A stretch of 63,583 bases of DNA, counting the filler, from Octopus bimaculoides (lineage: Eukaryota), in assembly GCF_001194135.2 (NCBI RefSeq). It is 8 parts of 8 records of this genome, joined end to end, with 100 filler letters (N's around TTAATTAATTAA, not from the genome) between each part and the next. Parts side by side here need not be neighbours in the genome. Positions count along the whole stretch, not along the records: positions 51,947 to 58,224 come from NC_068993.1; positions 58,325 to 63,583 come from NC_068985.1; 6 more parts are not named here. The stretch is one strand, 5' to 3'. This document shows positions 52,500 through 63,583 of the stretch, one piece after another. The position numbers were made by a program, and so were the translations under genes. Within the stretch, counting starts at the first letter, position 1. Every line of letters starts with the position of its first letter. The notes beneath the pieces were generated by a model. It had not been told where the DNA came from and ran no database searches. It saw nothing but the letters and a program-made list of their open reading frames with translations.

Positions 52500-53720
52500 C
52501 AATGGAAAACAATAAAACATCCGGACACATAGACGATACAAAAGCGGACAGGAAATACGACAGAGTGTCAGGAAAAAAGGGACGGGTCATTCCTGGCCTT
52601 CTTTCATCAGTCAAGTTTGCAGATTGTCCTTACAGTTTCGGACAGTTACACTTGAGACTGTTCAAATCTGGTTGCCCACCAAAATGTCTAAGCTAAGAAC
52701 TTTAGATTCTTTGTAAGAAATCAAGCGAATGTGTACGACAGCAAAGACAAAAAACGGAGAACATTTTATACAATTACAACTACAAACAAGAAGAATATGA
52801 GAAGAGGTGTCTTTCGACTAATGAGGACAAATCAAATTGAGTTGGCGTGTATAGAGTAAAACGTTTTGAGAGAGGAACATAGGAGATGAACATGAGAGAT
52901 GATGCCGATCGGATGTCAAACCAAGAAAGAAATATCATGGCAGGCCGAACACCGGTCACGTGGAAGGAGGAGAGAGTAGCAGGGGGAAGAGGAATTGAAG
53001 GACTAGGGGAAGAACAGGAAAGAGAGAAAAAATCAAAGGGACAAAGTGCAAGGTACCAGGGAGATAAACCAAGAGGAAAAGTAGGAATCAAAGAAAGAGT
53101 GGGGTCAATAGTTGTATGTGGTTGTGCGTCTCGTGTGTGTGTTAGCGTTTTTGGTGTTTGAGGAATCAGGGAGGGATAACTCCTTTGGCAACTGATCCCC
53201 GCACACTCTTAGGAGTAGGCCGTCTGCTTTGGTCTCCACCTGTCCTCCAACTCTCACCAGCGGCACAAACTGGCTCTCTGCATGCAACAGGTACCACTTC
53301 GAATGGCGGGTTAAAGCAGGTAAGCGTAGCTAAAGGGTGATTTTTGGTGAGTTAGGGTTTGCCTATCTANNNNNNNNNNTCGAATGGCGGGTTAAAGCAG
53401 GTAAGCGTAGCTAAAGGGTGATTTTTGGTGAGTTAGGGTTTGCCTATCTAGGCATGTCGATACTGGATCGGAGAGTGGGGAGGCGGCTGCAGCAACGCAC
53501 TATGAGGAGCATGGAGCATAATGAGGCTAGCAAGACGACATCTTGGTCATCCAAATGCATTCGTCTCCATACCCAATCGCTTTAATCTCGTCTTGCCACT
53601 GGACTGAGGATGGTCAGGAACGGGAGAGTGAGGGATATTGACGATGAGCCTTCCTTTTTCCATTTAAGCAAAGTCAAAGCGCAAGATATGATTCATTATT
53701 CTCCTAGAGTGACAAGATGG
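52500..53720 (-). mobile_element. GC-richer decayed retroelement-like segment, possibly Penelope-like
   Basis: Weak minus-strand motif echoes WRRMHLDD (~W.RYVDD) and YLLHAES..LLLRVCGD (~YLH..S..LRRICSD), followed by a pyrimidine-rich 3' region. Classification is uncertain. Confidence 0.3.
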
Positions 53721-54188
53721 CCGTCGTGGTTCCGACAAATGAGTATGCAGTAGTGTGTGTATGTAGTGGCATGTGTAGTTATGCATGCGCGTCTTTGTGT
53801 GTGTGTCTGTGTGTGTGTGAGTGTATGTCTATGTGTGTGAGTGTGTGTAATTGTATGTAGTTCTCTATGTAATTATTTGTGTGAGTGCAGTTGTACAATG
53901 AGTGTATATTAGGGGATACTGGTGTGTATGTGAGTGACTGTATATATNNNNNNNNNNNNNNNNNNNNNNNNNNNNNNNNNNNNNNNNNNNNNNNNNNNNN
54001 NNNNNNNNNNNNNNNNNNNNNNNNNNNNNNNNNNNNNNNNNNNNNNNNNNNNNNNNNNNNNNNNNNNNNNNNNNNNNNNNNNNNNNNNNNNNNNNNNNNN
54101 NNNNNNNNNNNNNNNNNNNNNNNNNNNNNNNNNNNNNNNNNNNNNNNNNNNNNNNNNNNNNNNNNNNNNNNNNNNNNNNNNNNNNNNN

Positions 54189-54223
<35 letters not shown>

Positions 54224-55144
54224 GAATTTGCATGCGTCGTAAAATATTGCCTTCTACATTGGAATAAGACGAAGAATAGCATAGGCGGCCTCCATGTACT
54301 TTCCTCTTCGGGAAGAAATTAGATGTTTTCAGGCATGAAGTGAGACAGAATCTGCCAGATCAAAAAAAATGTCAAATACACACGATCACTTCCGATTCCA
54401 AGCGGGAAAGGTCTTCTTCTACAGTCCCGTATTGACTAATGCCTTGTGAGAAAATTTGGTAGGCGAAAACTCTGTGTAATCCTATCATGCAAACGTACAT
54501 ACGCACGCGCATGCATATGTATGTGTGTGTGCGCGCGCACAACCGGTGTTCGGGCTGTTTGTTTACGGTCATTAACTTAGCGATTCAGCAAAATTGAACG
54601 ATAGCATGAATACTAGGTTTATGAAAAAATAACTACAGCTGGAGGTCGATTCGGTCGACTAAGACTTTGAAGGTGGTGCCCCAGTATGGGCGTAGTCTAA
54701 TGACTGAAACAATAAATAAATAAAGTGTATATATACCAACATTTATAAATACACCCACAGACACACATTAATATATATTTATGCATGTATATATATATGT
54801 ATGTATTTAAGCATATAAATGTGTATATATATATATATATATAAACACACACACCCACACACACACACACACACATACATACATACACACACGCACACAC
54901 GCATACACGACCGCACATTAAATCTTCGCGTCGTGTTAGACATGTATAATCCGTTAAAACCAAACACAAAATTTCTTGTGCGCCGCTACTTTATTATGAT
55001 TTTATAATAATCCAATAAATTATTAATTATCAAAGGGGAGTAGATTAGCAGAGGGCAGGTCACGGATTTACAATGGAATGCATTCATATTTCATAATGTA
55101 TATTAGAAGAATATCACAAAGCAAAATGCGAATATACTAACACC

Positions 55145-55184
<40 letters not shown>

Positions 55185-56439
55185 NNNNNNNNNNNNNNNN
55201 NNNNNNNNNNNNNNNNNNNNNNNNNNNNNNNNNNNNNNNNNNNNNNNNNNNNNNNNNNNNNNNNNNNNNNNNNNNNNNNNNNNNNNNNNNNNNNNNNNNN
55301 NNNNNNNNNNNNNNNNNNNNNNNNNNNNNNNNNNNNNNNNNNNNNNNNNNNNNNNNNNNNNNNNNNNNNNNNNNNNNNNNNNNNNNNNNNNNNNNNNNNN
55401 NNNNNNNNNNNNNNNNNNNNNNNNNNNNNNNNNNNNNNNNNNNNNNNNNNNNNNNNNNNNNNNNNNNNNNNNNNNNNNNNNNNNNNNNNNNNNNNNNNNN
55501 NNNNNNNNNNNNNNNNNNNNNNNNNNNNNNNNNNNNNNNNNNNNNNNNNNNNNNNNNNNNNNNNNNNNNNATATATACGTACATACATACATATGCATAC
55601 ATATTTTTATGTATTTACAATAGTATGTGTGTATGTGTTGTTAATGATTTATAACGGTTAATGTGATTCTTCATCAGATTAAATCATTTTGACAAAGAAA
55701 CTTAATTCGAACAATATATCTCTCTGTATTCTATAAGTTATTCAAAGGAGAAGGTGATTATTGTGTTTATGACATTTACAGGCTGGTGAGAGTGATTGCA
55801 GCTGATCCTCTGCATGAACATCAGAAGACAAATGGCTGCTGGGTTAAACGACACATACATACATACATACATACATACATACATACATACATACATACAT
55901 ACATACATACATACATACATACACACATATGTGCGTACGTACATGATAACTTTCGACTTGTTAAACGGGTATGACCATGGCTGACTCAATAAAATGTACA
56001 GCTGCCTTACATGTGAGAACGGCAGTGACTCGTGAATCCTGCCAGCGATTTACAGAATTTGTTACAAGTTCAACATTCATCGAAGTTCTTCGGACTTTTC
56101 TGACTTCTTAGTTATTCCCGATCATTCTGATGAGTTTTCTCTGTGTACTCCATGAGCCTTGATAAACCTGAGCAATTTCTACCCGTTTTCTGGCAGGCAG
56201 TGGATGTGTGGTCGGTCCCAACAAAGAAGTCGTTGTTGCTCGTAACAGGTCTTTCTGCGTGTCTTCTCTGGTGGATCATCAAGCCGGTGCAAGACAGGTA
56301 TATGTAGGCGTAGGCTTCATAGACTAGGTGAGGAACTGTAGGGTCGACGGGATTGTCTTTTCATGATAATCTTATCCGTGACAACTCGTTTGCTTTTCGT
56401 TCGAATGGTCTCACTTCGTCACAGATACCTTGCTTCCAG

Positions 56440-56669
56440 GAGGCGAGCTAGCAGAAACGTTAGCACGCCGGGCGAAATGCTTAGCGGTATTTCGTCTGCT
56501 GTTACGTTCTGAGTTCAAGTTTCGCCGAGGTCAACTTTTCCTTTCATCCTTTTGGGGTCGATAAATTAAGTACCAGTTACGCACTGGGATCGATGTAATC
56601 GACTTAATTCATTTGTCTGTCCCTGTTTGTTCCCTCTATGTTTAGCCCCTTGTGGGCTATAAAGAAGTA
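56440..56669 (+). mobile_element. Complete SINE family 1 insertion with 17-bp target-site duplication
   Basis: AGATACCTTGCTTCCAG at 56423-56439 and again at 56670-56686 flanks the element exactly. Confidence 0.9.
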
Positions 56670-59600
56670 AGATACCTTGCTTCCAGATTTTCTTATCAAG
56701 GCAGGTCAGGTCGCTTGTGAGCGCTACTGGTAACACATAATCCAGTACAACCAGCTTCACTGTCGAACCGTCGTCGACTAAACTGGCGACCCCACTAAGC
56801 TAGCTTAGTGAGAAGGGTGATTGGATACCCAGCAGGATGAAAAAACAAAATCTGTCAAAGGGTGGATGAACTTATTAAAGTCTACGGCCATCGAATACTG
56901 TGTACACATACATTATACATGTGTGCGAACGTTGGAAACGGATGGCAAACTCCGATCTAGATTGTTCAACGTGAAGGAAATCAGTTTATGCTTTGTGTAG
57001 AGCCAGTCCTACGCCCTCGTCCTCCAAACTTATATTGCTATTGTGCAACAAGTGCCACGAGCCCAGTAGTTATCAATATACAGCATTTACTTCCTCTTAG
57101 ATGAGCAGCTAAAGAGCTGAAGGACCTTACTAGCATTGGGCCCATTGAGGGTGTCAGTGAGTGATCGTCCAGTGGCAATTCCGTGGCATGTTAATCGACC
57201 CATAGCTGCGACTCTGATAGGTGCTACTATTTCGTGGTAGAGGAGACCTGGAAAGAATAGTGACTAAGATATCGCTTCACACTGCTCAAAATATTAGAAC
57301 TCATAAAACAGATTCCCATTGCTAAATTGCTTTGCAGCCGTATTACAGACGAGAAACTGAGTATCATAGAGTAGGGAGCCGGTTGAGCAAAAGTCCGGTA
57401 GGTACAATAGTTGTTATAGATACTAAACTATTGAAAACAAACCGATGTGTCTTGCATTATCTTCACTACAAGAAACTGCACTGTTCAATTACTTCCAAAC
57501 TAAATACATCACAACGGATAGTCTAAACCATCCAACAAGACAACCGTTACAGTATGTGCCAATCTGCAAGAAATAACAGGCAAAACTTTCAAACAGTATC
57601 CTAATACCTTAAATAAAGACATATTGGGCTGTATAGTTCCAGATATTATAGAACAGAGGGAACTTTTTCGGTCTTACATTCACTCTATGAGGTCTTTCCT
57701 TATTCAAAGCCATAACAATACTGCCATTAATAGTACAATCAAAAGGGAGCACCAACACCATTAAAATCACAATCAGTTCTTGTATCAATGGAAACAATTA
57801 CACAGCGTGAGCCAAGTTTTCATCATATTATACGCTAATGTCATTTAAAAGGCAAAATTAAGAACCATAGCCGTTATTCACAAGTAACCATCATTTAGTA
57901 ACGTGTACCATACCTCGGTAATTTAATTAGGCACCTGTGTTGTCGCTAGTGGACATGCGTTTTCAGCTCTCCCATGTGATGTGATAGCTAGAGAGAGAAG
58001 GGAGTTACTGGTGTCTTGTGCCTCCTGAACGTAGTATAAAGACAGGATTGTCACGATTGGAATTCCTTTGAAAGCAAGTCTCCTTGACTAGAGCTGAGCT
58101 GGGGTCGAACAACAAGCACACTGTAAGCACCTCTGTATATTTTACCTTTACTCGCCATTTTCCCGCTATTAATACAACGAGCACAAACACAGCCACTATT
58201 ACTGCAACACAGTTCTTCCATTCCNNNNNNNNNNNNNNNNNNNNNNNNNNNNNNNNNNNNNNNNNNNNTTAATTAATTAANNNNNNNNNNNNNNNNNNNN
58301 NNNNNNNNNNNNNNNNNNNNNNNNACAACATTCAAAAGCCGTACGACCAAACGCAAATCTGAGGTAGAACGCTAGTAGTTCGTTTTGCCTTCACAGCGGC
58401 TGGAGTGAAAAGAAAGTTGACCACAGGTCACACGAGAGCAGAGAGGATGGTGGAGGGAGGAAGTGGAACAAGGAGGAAGGGACAGAAGGGTATAGCAGTG
58501 AAGTAGAGGCCAGGACAGAGGTATAGATAGAAAGATGGAGGAAGACAGATAGATAAATAGATAAAAAGATAGATAGATAGAATATATACATATTTTATCA
58601 CTTACTTGTTTTTGCCATTAAGTTGTGCCACGTGGCTCACGTTGGTGCACCACCTTGAAGAGTTTAGACGGTCAAATTAAACACTATATAGTGTGGTACT
58701 TAATCTATCGGTCTTCTTTACCGAAACTGCTAAGTTACGTGGACATAAACGAACGAACACCAGTTGTGAAGCTGCAATGGGGGACAAAGCACAAGCGCGC
58801 GCGCGCACAGTCCCTCCTCATATATAAATGGGCTTCTTTCCGTTTTCGTCAAGCGAATCATCTCACAAATATTGGTCGACTAGAGCCTAGAATAGAATAC
58901 GCTTGTCCGACCTGGCACACAGTAGGATTGAACTCTGAACCATGTTGTTTGGAAGCAAACTTCTTACCACAAAAACATACTTGTGCCTAAGTATGATATA
59001 TAAAACTTGATCTCTCGCTTCCTTTCTCTCGATTTTCCGTCACTTTCTCCCCCACCCCCCGCCCCCGCTCTCTCTCTTTATATGTATAAGTTTAAGGTGC
59101 CGTTAAGGTGCGATCAACAAAAACAGTAATCCGTCCAGTGAGAGACATATATCATTTAATGTACGCTGTATAAAGATAAGCGCCACTAGCACTNNNNNNN
59201 NNNNNNNNNNNNNNNNNNNNNNNNNNNNNNNNNNNNNNNNNNNNNNNNNNNNNNNNNNNNNNNNNNNNNNNNNNNNNNNNNNNNNNNNNNNNNNNNNNNN
59301 NNNNNNNNNNNNNNNNNNNNNNNNNNNNNNNNNNNNNNNNNNNNNNNNNNNNNNNNNNNNNNNNNNNNNNNNNNNNNNNNNNNNNNNNNNNNNNNNNNNN
59401 NNNNNNNNNNNNNNNNNNNNNNNNNNNNNNNNNNNNNNNNNNNNNNNNNNNNNNNNNNNNNNNNNNNNNNNNNNNNNNNNNNNNNNNNNNNNNNNNNNNN
59501 NNNNNNNNNNNNNNNNNNNNNNNNNNNNNNNNNNNNNNNNNNNNNNNNNNNNNNNNNNNNNNNNNNNNNNNNNNNNNNNNNNNNNNNNNNNNNNNNNNNN

Positions 59601-59746
59601 NNNNNNNNNNNNNNNNNNNNNNNNNNNNNNNNNNNNNNNNNNNNNNNNNNNNNNNNNNNNNNNNNNNNNNNNNNNNNNNNNNNNNNNNNNNNNNNNNNNN
59701 NNNNNNNNNNNNNNNNNNNNNNNNNNNNNNNNNNNNNNNNNNNNNN

Positions 59747-59779
<33 letters not shown>

Positions 59780-59791
59780 TATGTATATATA

Positions 59792-59839
<48 letters not shown>

Positions 59840-61231
59840 ACGAAAAAAAAAACATACGAGAACGATGTAAAAAGCAAAAAAATTAGGCTATATTCGTTTT
59901 ATATTTCAACAAATTTGAAGACACTCACGTTACGAGCATACGCTCTTTTACAGGAAGAATAGACAAATAGAAAGAAATGGAGAAAGGCAAGAAAAAAATA
60001 CGTGACTCAAAACATACATACATACATACATACACAATGCATAATTCCATAGTCATGCACACACATATGTACATACTAGAAACTAGTGGTTATTTTTTGT
60101 CTTCCATTATCTAAACAGTTCAAAAACCTCAAGCTTCCATCTGCAGCTCAACAATTGTCGGTTCATTGGTAGTCATCATGATAGATCTCCATGTGCAGTT
60201 ACCTCACGTAGAGCTTAATGCACCATTGTGATATTCATACTATCCCGAAACAGGATGGAATAGCTAAACGGAAATGAATGTTTTAAAGGAAAACATGAAA
60301 CAGATGTCCGTCGCTTAAAGAGACAAATTGTGTGTATCTATAAAGTGTATATGCGTGCGTGAATGTGTGTGTGTATAGTTGTATAGGAATTATACATGTA
60401 TTTATGTCCGCTAATATTGACTCTGTATGTGTGAGTATGCACACGATAGACTGTATGAGAATGTATCGTGTTTGGTTGAACACTTGTGAGTGTATGTCTG
60501 TAAGTGCATGTGAGTGTATTTATGTAAGTAAATGCGAGTGTGTGAACTTGTTTCTGTGGTGTTTGAGAAGCACAGAGTAGAAAAAGAAGAGAAAGGAACA
60601 GAAAAACGTCTGAATGGAATGTAACTGAATAGAGAGAAATATTTGAAATATTCTACTATTCACGCCTACACACAGCCAAATATCTACATAGATACAAGCG
60701 AACGTCCATCAATTCCTACATAATCACAGGCACATATCCAACAATTCACACGTACAAAGGTATGTGGAAACAGAATACCGCTTGCCTTCCTACCGAAACT
60801 GACTGACATCCACTATTTATTTGCACGTACAAATATGTTAACAGCCAGTTAAATACGTATAAAATGAAACACACGCAGCTTTCAGACGAAATTTCTTTGT
60901 AGTTAGAAATATATAAACACAGAGGAATAATATAGACATAGAATGTGCATTGATTGACACAGATCTGTCTGTTGTGCAATTTAATGGCAATTTATTAAGC
61001 GTCATCCTCAGTAATATAGCTAAGGAATTACAGAATTCTAACAAGAAGAAATAATCATAATTTCTAAGGTGGTCATAAAACAATAGAGCTTGGTGGTAGA
61101 AAAATACGATTGAATCGACTTTCATATGTGATAGGTAATCATTCTATGGACAATACTCTATCTGGCATTCGGTTTTGAATAAAAAGCGTAACTGTTAAAA
61201 ATAAAAATAACAACAACAATAAAAACAACAA

Positions 61232-61300
61232 TGATATCTAAAAGATTGTGGTGACAGGTACTGCCCATATCCTTAGAAAAACCCTATCAATTTAAAAATC
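61232..61300 (+). mobile_element. Short 3'-terminal R4/Dong-like ORF stub
   Basis: KIVVTGTAHILRKTLSI* resembles the R4/Dong C-terminus (QK.VLLGTA.ILRK.L); preceded by an (AAC/AAT)n tract. Confidence 0.55.
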
Positions 61301-61540
61301 TGTGTTGTGTTATATGGAGATAGTTCGCTAGTGCTCCCGTCACTTTCCCTACCCAAGCTTTCAGTTATCATTCACTTGCCTTCACTTGACCCTAGGGCGA
61401 TGGGTGTGTCTCAGCAAGTGTCTGCAACAAACATGCAAATCAAATGTAAATAACAATAACAATAATAATCATAATAATGATTAATTCGTTTATTGATCAC
61501 AAGGGTTTACATAAAGGACAAATACAGGACGGTACAACGT

Positions 61541-61590
<50 letters not shown>

Positions 61591-61591
<1 letters not shown>

Positions 61592-61792
61592 GCCCAGTCC
61601 TGGCTAAGAAGGAATATATTCACAGACACGACAGAGCTGGGACCTATATACACTGGAAGTTATGCCAACACTATGGAATAACAACAGAAAAAAGATGGTA
61701 TAAACACACGCCAGAAAAGGTCACAGAAAACGAAAACGCAACCATACTCTGGGATATGCCAATACACACAGATAGAGAAATTAAGGCCAATA
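61591..61792 (+). mobile_element. 5'-truncated R4/Dong-like LINE within (TAA)n, 3' part in a gap
   Basis: Open frame PVLAKKEYIHRHDRAGTYIHWKLCQHYGITTEKRWYKHTPEKVTENENATILWDMPIHTDREIKAN (LA..EY..RHD..ILWD..I.TD..I.AN[RPD]); (TAA)n lies immediately 5' and again after the gap. Confidence 0.85.
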
Positions 61793-62305
61793 NNNNNNNN
61801 NNNNNNNNNNNNNNNNNNNNNNNNNNNNNNNNNNNNNNNNNNNNNNNNNNNNNNNNNNNNNNNNNNNNNNNNNNNNNNNNNNNNNNNNNNNNNNNNNNNN
61901 NNNNNNNNNNNNNNNNNNNNNNNNNNNNNNNNNNNNNNNNNNNNNNNNNNNNNNNNNNNNNNNNNNNNNNNNNNNNNNNNNNNNNNNNNNNNNNNNNNNN
62001 NNNNNNNNNNNNNNNNNNNNNNNNNNNNNNNNNNNNNNNNNNNNNNNNNNNNNNNNNNNNNNNNNNNNNNNNNNNNNNNNNNNNNNNNNNNNNNNNNNNN
62101 NNNNNNNNNNNNNNNNNNNNNNNNNNNNNNNNNNNNNNNNNNNNNNNNNNNNNNNNNNNNNNNNNNNNNNNNNNNNNNNNNNNNNNNNNNNNNNNNNNNN
62201 NNNNNNNNNNNNNNNNNNNNNNNNNNNNNNNNNNNNNNNNNNNNNNNNNNNNNNNNNNNNNNNNNNNNNNNNNNNNNNNNNNNNNNNNNNNNNNNNNNNN
62301 NNNNN

Positions 62306-62350
<45 letters not shown>

Positions 62351-62352
<2 letters not shown>

Positions 62353-62695
62353 TTTTGTTTTATTGGCCACAAGGGCTAATATAAATTAAAAACATGTAAG
62401 GACAAAGACAGGACGAAGGGTACAAAGGGTCTTGTCCGAAAAGAAAACGTTCGTGTAAACATTAATAACAGCGAAAATATAACAAATAAAAACTCCCAAT
62501 GGTGGGAGGCGCTTTGAAAGGTTACACGTGGAAAATCCCATCAAAGCCACGGGAGCCTGGTCAGGAGGGGTAGAAAGCCCCTTCTCCTTTTATATTACCT
62601 TTTTTTTTTTACAGGTGTAATCTCAGAATTGGTCCGTTCACACTTGCCATTTTTCCAACATTCACCCACCTTTCAACAAATTCGCTACGAGACAA
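62351..62695 (-). mobile_element. L1/Tx1-like LINE 3' end with (TTA)n tail
   Basis: Minus-strand ORF end LSRSEFVERWVNVGKMASVNGPILRLHL* (F.ERW motif), then a 3' UTR ending CCCTTGTGGCCAATAAAAC and (TTA)n. A related ~60-bp 3' stub lies at ~61480-61542. Confidence 0.55.
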
Positions 62696-62696
62696 A

Positions 62697-63250
62697 TGCC
62701 CTGATGCAGTACGAAACAGTGGCTCACAAGGCTTCTGATCTAAACTGATTGGAGGTATTAACATGTACATGCTTTGTCTTGGTGTGAAAGATGAGCTACA
62801 GCAAATATTCTGCTCAATATCACAGATTTGCATTAGTCTTCACCAGTTGAGCATATCACTTAGTGACTGACAACTTAGGTATCTCTGACTACGATCAGGA
62901 GCAGTGGGGGGGGGAGCATCATAGCCATATGTTGAGATCAATTCTTGGAGGTTTGAACAATTCACCTCCGGAAACATGGGTGTTTCGTTTATCATCTTCA
63001 GACAACTCATACTTAATCAGAGACCCCTTTTGAGCAGGATGGGCTACTCGACCTGAAGAAAATTCTAACTGGACCCCACTAGCAAGAGGATGTGCTATTT
63101 ATCTTGACGTGATGCCACCATTTCGCGCACATATGGTTGTGAGGTATGTATCCGATATACTCTTCAGACGAGTGGTCATGATGGGTATATTGGGTTTCGT
63201 ATTTTTGTACAACAGTATCACTTTGATGGCATGCATTGCTCTCTCTCACT
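62697..63250. repeat. ~550-bp non-coding interspersed repeat (SINE-like)
   Basis: Recognised from memory as an abundant octopus repeat (GAGAGAGCAATGCATGCCATCAAAGTGA..GTACTGCATCAGGGCA on the minus strand); single copy in this window. Confidence 0.35.
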
Positions 63251-63251
63251 C

Positions 63252-63320
<69 letters not shown>

Positions 63321-63321
<1 letters not shown>

Positions 63322-63583
63322 TTCAAGAATTAGACGAACTAGAAACACCTGCAGAAAAAGCTAAGCGCTTGAAAACCCGTGCTAAAATTGCTGCCTTAGC
63401 TATTATGACTGAAAAATGGCATGGAAAACCTCTCAATGGCAAATACCCAAAGAGAGCGAATAATGCAGATATTGACAAAGCCCTTACCCACCAATGGTTA
63501 ATGGCCTCTGGCTTGAAATCAGAAACAGAGGGGTTTATCATAGCAGCCCAAGATCAATGCCTACCTACAAAGAACTACCAGGC
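63321..63583 (+). mobile_element. 5'-truncated, apparently young R4/Dong-like LINE starting directly after (TAA)n
   Basis: Stop-free frame IQELDELETPAEKAKRLK..EKWHGKPLNGKYP..THQWLMASGLKSETEGFIIAAQDQCLPTKNYQ, the W..K.L.G.Y..WL...LKSETEG.I.AAQDQ signature. Continues past the window end. Confidence 0.9.

Noticed and set aside
52610-52660. Minus-strand GAAAC..CUGAUGA resembling a permuted hammerhead
   Set aside because: Stem I cannot be formed next to the core.
62975-63010. Minus-strand CUGAAGA..GAAAC
   Set aside because: The intervening UGAUAAAC cannot form stem II and there is no stem III/UH site.

Overview
Eukaryotic, AT-rich, microsatellite-saturated draft scaffold with many N gaps. The SINE families, repeat density and TTAATTAATTAA gap fillers suggest an octopus (coleoid cephalopod) assembly; this is recognition from memory, not a database result. 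Nearly all supplied ORFs are microsatellite or N read-throughs. The one confident host-gene feature is the first coding exon of a PDZ(-LIM)/Zasp-type gene (48469-48570, +), preceded by a GC-box/Inr promoter and followed by an intron running past the window end. A possible first exon of a divergent minus-strand gene lies near 38.1-38.5 kb. The rest is transposon-derived: several SINE families, decayed RTE LINEs (one 5'-inverted), R4/Dong-like LINEs in (TAA)n tracts, an L1/Tx1-like 3' end, a deleted mariner, a mariner MITE and several long inverted repeats. The most interesting signal is three unrelated short repeat families that each carry a minimal Penelope-type hammerhead ribozyme fold with a palindromic stem III. 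Two have non-canonical cores (CAUGANGA and CUGUNGA). In one family, two copies have different stem II and stem III sequences yet both keep the pairing. Ribozyme activity is inferred, not shown.
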